Made by a program: the position numbers and the translations under genes. Shown piece by piece: positions 49,180 through 54,110 of a DNA stretch of 54,110 bases; position 1 is the stretch's first letter, and each line of letters begins with the position of its first letter. The stretch is taken from positions 1 through 54,110 of IMG/VR virus record IMGVR_UViG_3300042484_002120; one strand, given 5' to 3'. The notes beneath the pieces are model-generated. The model saw only the letters and a list, made by a program, of their open reading frames with translations. It ran no database searches and had not been told where the DNA came from. This DNA comes from a virus. Lineage: Duplodnaviria > Caudoviricetes.

Positions 49180-49493
49180 TGAAGAAAGAACTGTTTCTTA
49201 ACGTTCTTCTTCGTATATTTGCAACATTTGCAGCCTCCGGTCTCGGGGTTGTAGGCGCTGGCGCAATCGCTGGCGTAAGCATGACCAAAGCCATACTTAT
49301 GGCTGGCATCGCCGGGGTTGCTACCGTTATCGAGGGACTGTCTCGTGCATTCCTTGACGACGGCAAGTTGACATTAAACGAGATTAACTCCGTATTCACT
49401 CGCTTTGACAAAAAAAGCGCAGTAGCGGATTCAGAAGTAGCCAAAACCACAACTCGTAGGGCTGCAAAAACTACAACAACACCTAACGCCTAA
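49179..49493 (+). CDS. Membrane protein, possible holin
   Basis: Two hydrophobic helices, then DDGKLTLNEIN. Confidence 0.5.
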   Translation: MKKELFLNVLLRIFATFAASGLGVVGAGAIAGVSMTKAILMAGIAGVATVIEGLSRAFLDDGKLTLNEINSVFTRFDKKSAVADSEVAKTTTRRAAKTTTTPNA

Positions 49494-49583
49494 AAACACG
49501 TATTAGTGCTATTTTGTAGTTAGCTCATGACTGATGTTAAGAGCTGAGCTAAAAATTTCAAATTTATCCAAACGAGAGTATTC

Positions 49584-49943
49584 ATGGCACTTGACGAAAT
49601 GATGTGGCACAACGATGGCCACAAACTAATTCTCAAGATTGTTAAATCGGAGATTGAAATAGAGTCCGTCTATTGTCCCCATGGGAATGACGGGGAATGC
49701 TTTATTCAGGATTACGGCTGTGCGGTGCGCTGGTTTGCAGACCGTTTTGGTATGGAGTGCAATGTCGGTACATGTTACGCAGACAAGTCGTTTGATATCT
49801 GTTGGACACTGGTAGGTAGCCCTAGAGACATTGAATCATGTCAGGTCTGGTTTATGCCGTTGGCTGACGATGTATTCAGTGCCTGGTTAGTTAGTCTCGG
49901 AGTTCAGGCTTCCCCACCTGATTCTTTCGACCAATTGACATAA
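49584..49943 (+). CDS. Cys-containing hypothetical protein
   Basis: 119 aa; CPH...C...C pattern. Confidence 0.6.
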   Translation: MALDEMMWHNDGHKLILKIVKSEIEIESVYCPHGNDGECFIQDYGCAVRWFADRFGMECNVGTCYADKSFDICWTLVGSPRDIESCQVWFMPLADDVFSAWLVSLGVQASPPDSFDQLT

Positions 49944-50184
49944 TAACTTCTAAGCCCTTTTTGGTCAGTTTGTACACATCACCAGAAGAATGAACCACGC
50001 ACCCATCTCGCTCTAGTAGTTCAGCTGATTTACGGGCTTTATTCTTGTCCTGAATTTTCCCCTTAAACAGGCTTGAGGCCATTGTTACGTCAGCTGAGCC
50101 ACCCTTAAACTTGATGTACTTAAGCACATAGTGGGTTCTGGAATTCTCTTTGAAGCTAACAGAGATGTTGCTATCTAGTTTCAT
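49891..50184 (-). CDS. Probable winged-helix protein
   Basis: AELLERDGCV...YKLTKKG wing motif; TAGAAT 6 nt upstream. Confidence 0.55.
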   Translation of the reverse strand: MKLDSNISVSFKENSRTHYVLKYIKFKGGSADVTMASSLFKGKIQDKNKARKSAELLERDGCVVHSSGDVYKLTKKGLEVIMSIGRKNQVGKPELRD

Positions 50185-50197
50185 CCCAAAATTCTAT

Positions 50198-50650
50198 CTA
50201 GAAAACGGATTCTTCCACGTTTTTGCCCCCAGATTTGACACTAGTCACACCAAAGAGGCCAGATATAGCCTCTTTTAGGTGCTGTATATCAGGGTGTTTT
50301 TTTACTTCTTCAATATTCACTTTGTAAATATTTTGTCGTTGTGTTTTTGTCTTTGTAATAAAGTTATTTTGTATTAATAATTTGACCGTTTTGTCAATCA
50401 TTGTTTCACTTAAATCTAAATAAACCGATAAAGCCCGTTGCGTCATGGTTGGGTCCTCCATCAAAGCAATTAAAACCCTCCCAGCTGTAGATATTAGATT
50501 TATTGCATTCTCGTTGTGGTAGCGGAAAACCTTCTGTTTATCGAGCGTTTTAAGAACTGCCTCCACTAGGAAATCAGCGTCTTTTGACTCAGAAGAATTA
50601 AGGGCTTCTTCTAGCGCTCTCTTTACTTCTACTGACTTGTCGACCTTCAT
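50198..50650 (-). CDS. MarR-like winged-helix DNA-binding protein
   Basis: RVLIALMEDPTMTQRALSVYLDLSETMIDKTVKLLIQNNFITK. Confidence 0.75.
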   Translation of the reverse strand: MKVDKSVEVKRALEEALNSSESKDADFLVEAVLKTLDKQKVFRYHNENAINLISTAGRVLIALMEDPTMTQRALSVYLDLSETMIDKTVKLLIQNNFITKTKTQRQNIYKVNIEEVKKHPDIQHLKEAISGLFGVTSVKSGGKNVEESVF

Positions 50651-50655
50651 GAGGT

Positions 50656-50690
50656 AATACTACATCAACCTGTGGACATAGTGTAGTATT
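50656..50690. promoter_or_regulatory. 9-bp inverted repeat containing divergent -10 boxes
   Basis: AATACTACA-N17-TGTAGTATT; each arm reads TAGTAT outward. Confidence 0.45.
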
Positions 50691-50740
50691 CCTGTTGACA
50701 TAGATGATGCCTTTGGTGTCGTAACCGCGTTGGAGGAAAT

Positions 50741-51025
50741 GTGCTTAAAGATGCACTAAGAGCTGTAGCCCAGGGCGAAAGCAAAAAGACATGCAAGTTT
50801 GGTTCCATAACCACTTCGCTGGATAACGAAACCAGAGAGGCACTTATTCTTGCTATGGCAAGCGAAGCGTCCACTATGGATATTACAAGAGCACTTTGTT
50901 CTGACGGTCACTCCATAGGGAGAGATGTTGTTGGCGTAAAAAGGGCATGTTTCAAGGACCCGTCCTTCAACTGCTGTATCCGTGAAACTATCGATAGCTG
51001 TATAGCAAAGAACGAAGGTAAATAA
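50741..51025 (+). CDS. Hypothetical protein
   Basis: GGAGG RBS before GTG; TAATG-coupled to the next gene. Confidence 0.6.
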   Translation: MLKDALRAVAQGESKKTCKFGSITTSLDNETREALILAMASEASTMDITRALCSDGHSIGRDVVGVKRACFKDPSFNCCIRETIDSCIAKNEGK

Positions 51026-52215
51026 TGTCCGCAAAGAAAGAAACTCTCTCTTCAGCCTTGGGGTCCATGGCTAAGGAAAAGAAGAAATCTGAAGAAAACA
51101 AGAAGGTCCTGGAGTCAATTGCAGAAATGCTCCGACTTAAAGACATTAGTCTCGACGATGTTGGTGATATTAAAAAGATAACAATTAACCAGTCTTCTAC
51201 CCAAAACCCAGAAAACCCTTCTGAGACAAGGGAATCAGCTCGTGTAGCAATCCAGTTTTCACCCAAATGGGACAACGGCCCAGAGTGGCCAATAGTCCAA
51301 CAAAGTAAGCCCATACAACTACAAAAGACAACGACAAAACCCAAAGCATCAACTGGGTTCAAAACGTGTGTTGTGGTCCCTGATATACAGATAGGTTTCT
51401 TCCGAAATAAAGACGGAGAACTAGAGCCATCACATGATGACAAGGCTATCGACATCGTTTTGGCGATGATAAAGAAGCTTCAGCCGGAATTAATTGCCTG
51501 TGTTGGGGATAACTTGGACCTTCCAGAGATGGGCAAGTATGTCACTTATCCTGCATATGCCCAAACCACCCAAGCTTCGATAGATAGGGCCGCAATGTTT
51601 TGCGCTCAAATGCGAGCCGCAGCCCCAAATGCCAGAATTGTCTGGCTGGCTGGTAACCATGAAGAAAGAATGCCCAAGTATCTAGTCCAAAATGCTGGAG
51701 CAGCCTATGGATTAAGAAAAGGCAACACCCCAGAATCCTGGCCAGTACTTTCAGTCCCTTATCTTTGCCGAATGGAAGACTATGGAGTTGAGTACAAGCC
51801 CGGATATCCGGCAGCCGACCTGTGGATAAACAAGAAATTACGAATTATTCATGGAGACCGTGTTAAGTCTTCTGGCTCAACTGCCCATGTATATCTAAAC
51901 AATGAGAAACATTCTGTCATTTACGGCCATATCCACCGTATTGAGACAGCTTTCAAGACCAGAGAAGATTTTGACGGTGCCCGTACCATCATGGCTGCTT
52001 CACCTGGATGCCTTTGTCGTACAGATGGGGCGATTCCGTCCACTCGTGGAGGCGTAGACCTTGATGGTCGCCCTCTCACAAGGCATGAAAACTGGCAACA
52101 AGGCGTTGGAGTAGTCACATACGAAGATACCGGCAAGCACAAGTTCTCCTATGAAGTAGCACCGATATACAACGGCTGGTGCATGTTCCGTGGAGTAGAG
52201 TACATCGCGGAATAA
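51025..52215 (+). CDS. Calcineurin-like metallophosphoesterase
   Basis: PDIQ, GDNLD, GNHE, HGD and GHIHR motifs. Confidence 0.85.
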   Translation: MSAKKETLSSALGSMAKEKKKSEENKKVLESIAEMLRLKDISLDDVGDIKKITINQSSTQNPENPSETRESARVAIQFSPKWDNGPEWPIVQQSKPIQLQKTTTKPKASTGFKTCVVVPDIQIGFFRNKDGELEPSHDDKAIDIVLAMIKKLQPELIACVGDNLDLPEMGKYVTYPAYAQTTQASIDRAAMFCAQMRAAAPNARIVWLAGNHEERMPKYLVQNAGAAYGLRKGNTPESWPVLSVPYLCRMEDYGVEYKPGYPAADLWINKKLRIIHGDRVKSSGSTAHVYLNNEKHSVIYGHIHRIETAFKTREDFDGARTIMAASPGCLCRTDGAIPSTRGGVDLDGRPLTRHENWQQGVGVVTYEDTGKHKFSYEVAPIYNGWCMFRGVEYIAE

Positions 52216-52856
52216 TGACTACTATCGTCGGAATCCAGGGTGATGGCTTTGCCGTAGTGGGATGCGATACCCGCATCTCCTCCTTTGGCGACTCCGGAGA
52301 TGCGTACCAGATATCTACTCTGGGCAATGGCTCAAGCAAAATCGCCGCAAATGGCAAATATTTGCTTGGTGCAGCTGGCGAAATGCGAGCAATTAACATA
52401 TTGCACCATGTATTCCAACCCCCTCCTGTTACTCCAGGACTAAGGGGAAAGAAGCTTGATGCCTTTATTACGGGTAAATTTATCCCAAGTTTACGAGCTT
52501 GCTTTGATTCCCAAGGGTATTCCCCTCCTGATTCCGGTGACTCTAAAGAGCACAGAGCAGAACAAGGCTCCTCGATTGTTGTTGTGATAAACGGCGTAAT
52601 CTACATTATTGAGTCAGACTATAGTTGGACAGCAGAGGCTAATTACCTTTACTCCGTAGGGACAGGTTCTTCTTATGCTCTGGGTTCTTTACATTCCCTA
52701 CTAGGGAATAAACGCCCAACCCCAACTCAAGCTAGGTCTGCCTGCACAAAGGCTCTGACCGTGGCTTCCAAGTTTGACCCTTATACGGGTGCTCCTTTAC
52801 AGACTTTCGTCCAAGAAGCCCCCAACCGGAAGTCTTCAAATAAAGACCCTGAATAA
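52215..52856 (+). CDS. Ntn hydrolase, proteasome beta / HslV-like
   Basis: True start is probably ATG 52215 (TAATG): M-TTIVGI...GCDTR...SKI, GAAG, VGTGSSYALG, D.YTG. Confidence 0.8.
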   Translation: MTTIVGIQGDGFAVVGCDTRISSFGDSGDAYQISTLGNGSSKIAANGKYLLGAAGEMRAINILHHVFQPPPVTPGLRGKKLDAFITGKFIPSLRACFDSQGYSPPDSGDSKEHRAEQGSSIVVVINGVIYIIESDYSWTAEANYLYSVGTGSSYALGSLHSLLGNKRPTPTQARSACTKALTVASKFDPYTGAPLQTFVQEAPNRKSSNKDPE

Positions 52857-52926
52857 CAAACGGCCCCTTCTTCAAGAGGCTATGTAGTTTCGAAAACCCT
52901 AGGAATCCCCATAGGGGAGAAACAAC

Positions 52927-53172
52927 CTACTTAGCTAGAGACCGTATGTCTGAGTAACAAGCGTGGAGTGCCTCAGCAACGGTTTCTTTCGTTCCCGAAC
53001 CAGATACTAATACTGAGTTCTTCTCTCGTGACCATGCGTTACACATCCAGCTATTACCGATATGTAGTAACTCAAAGTCCATGTTCATTAACTGAAACCA
53101 CTTTGTGTATTGGTTTATGTCATTAGAGGAACTGGTTATTGGTTCTTGTGGGTGTCCGTAGATAACTGGCAT
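52927..53172 (-). CDS. Hypothetical protein
   Basis: 81 aa ORF filling the gap. Confidence 0.45.
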   Translation of the reverse strand: MPVIYGHPQEPITSSSNDINQYTKWFQLMNMDFELLHIGNSWMCNAWSREKNSVLVSGSGTKETVAEALHACYSDIRSLAK

Positions 53173-53271
53173 AACTCAAGTATTACACAAATGAGTTTAC
53201 TAATACCGTATCAAGGTTGTGTATTTAAGTGTGCTGTAATTAATGCAAATCTATTTAAAGGATACACAATA

Positions 53272-53604
53272 GTGGCCAAAGAAAAAACTACCAATAATAA
53301 TAGTCAACCGTTAGAGGGATTGTATATTGGCAGAAAAGACTGGTTTCCCTATGCTGCTTGCAAAGGATTAACCAACCTAATGTTCCCCAAAGAACATAAG
53401 GACATTACCTATATAGCGGAAGCTAGAAGGATATGTAGTAATTGCCCTGTTAAGCCTCAGTGCTTGGAGTATGCACTTGAGTTTCCGGCAGCCGATATGC
53501 ATGGAGTATGGGCAGGATTGACTAGTAGACAGTTGGCTGCAGAGCAGAGGCGAAGAGGGGTAAAGCCGACTAGGCCGACTCTTGCACAGATGTGGGGGCA
53601 CTAA
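53272..53604 (+). CDS. whiB: WhiB family Fe-S transcription regulator
   Basis: W...AAC...FP...ARRICSNCPVKPQCLEYAL...GVWAGLT (4 Cys plus G[VI]W-type turn); start probably GTG 53272 after AAGGA. Confidence 0.9.
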   Translation: MAKEKTTNNNSQPLEGLYIGRKDWFPYAACKGLTNLMFPKEHKDITYIAEARRICSNCPVKPQCLEYALEFPAADMHGVWAGLTSRQLAAEQRRRGVKPTRPTLAQMWGH

Positions 53605-53675
53605 TGGTTGACAAGATAATGGTCGCAGTAGTCGCTTTGTTAATCGTGTTCTTGTTTGTTATTACGGGCTACTGA
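53604..53675 (+). CDS. Possible 23-aa membrane peptide
   Basis: TAATG-coupled to whiB; MVDKIMVAVVALLIVFLFVITGY. Confidence 0.3.
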   Translation: MVDKIMVAVVALLIVFLFVITGY

Positions 53676-53952
53676 ATGCAAAGGCCCACCCAATAGACAA
53701 CCGTTAGCAATTCAGCCTTTTTGTGTGGTGAATTAGAATCTACTGGATGGGCGAGTAGAAGTATAGGGAGAGGTTTCCTGACTGGCAACTTGCAGGTGAG
53801 GATTATTTGGGACTGGATAGGGGTGCGAGATTTTCAGAATTCCGATTTATTGTTTCAGAGCTCTGGGGTTTCTGGCCCTGAACGTTCTTGAAAAAGGGCC
53901 GAAAAACTTCTTTTCGCGGCACATTTTCAGATTCCAAAAATACAAATACAAA

Positions 53953-54110
53953 TTACAAAATGCGAATGTTGCAGGTGGTGCAGAAACTCATGCCATCTAA
54001 TTCGGTTAGTTGTCTTTCGCAACTCACTTGTCCACAGGGCTGCAGCAAGGTCTCGCCCTTCATATAGGCGACAATAGACTCCTCCATCGTGGGGAGGGAG
54101 AACTGCGGGG
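53953..54110 (-). CDS. Partial Cys-containing hypothetical protein (3' end only)
   Basis: Open frame ...MEESIVAYMKGETLLQPCGQVSC...FCTTCNIRIL* running in from the window edge. Confidence 0.45.
   Translation of the reverse strand, partial: PQFSLPTMEESIVAYMKGETLLQPCGQVSCERQLTELDGMSFCTTCNIRIL

Noticed and set aside
52179-52214. Propeptide on the Ntn hydrolase
   Set aside because: The ORF-track extension overlaps the upstream gene; the TAATG-coupled ATG at 52215 gives the expected N-terminal Thr directly.
53110-53271. N-terminal extension of WhiB
   Set aside because: It overlaps the opposite-strand gene; GTG 53272 has an SD-like sequence and gives a normal WhiB length.

Overview
The window is a slice of a tailed dsDNA phage genome with a contractile (myovirus-type) tail. 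The host is most likely an actinobacterium, based on a WhiB gene and many leaderless-type promoters. Layout: (1) 1-21039 (+) tail morphogenesis: completion proteins, sheath, tube, assembly chaperone with a probable -1 frameshift, tape measure with a C-terminal M15-like peptidase motif, hub, spike-like protein fused to collagen and C1q, wedge proteins, fibre proteins. (2) 21025-44181 (almost all -) a 23 kb block of collagen-like, Gly-rich and FN3 fibre genes. It starts with a GT-B glycosyltransferase and encloses an enzyme cluster (cytochrome P450, flavin-dependent halogenase, 2OG-Fe(II) oxygenase, DUF6065-like protein) beside a Gly-repeat protein with a ~30% His insert. (3) 44359-49943 (+) a large exported acidic protein and a probable lysis module. 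(4) 49891-54110 two winged-helix proteins, a metallophosphoesterase, a proteasome-beta/HslV-like Ntn hydrolase and WhiB. The best candidate for an undescribed system is a modular, enzymatically decorated fibre apparatus. All family calls come from motifs recognised by eye and from gene order; no searches were run. I saw no tRNA, CRISPR array, integrase or transposase.
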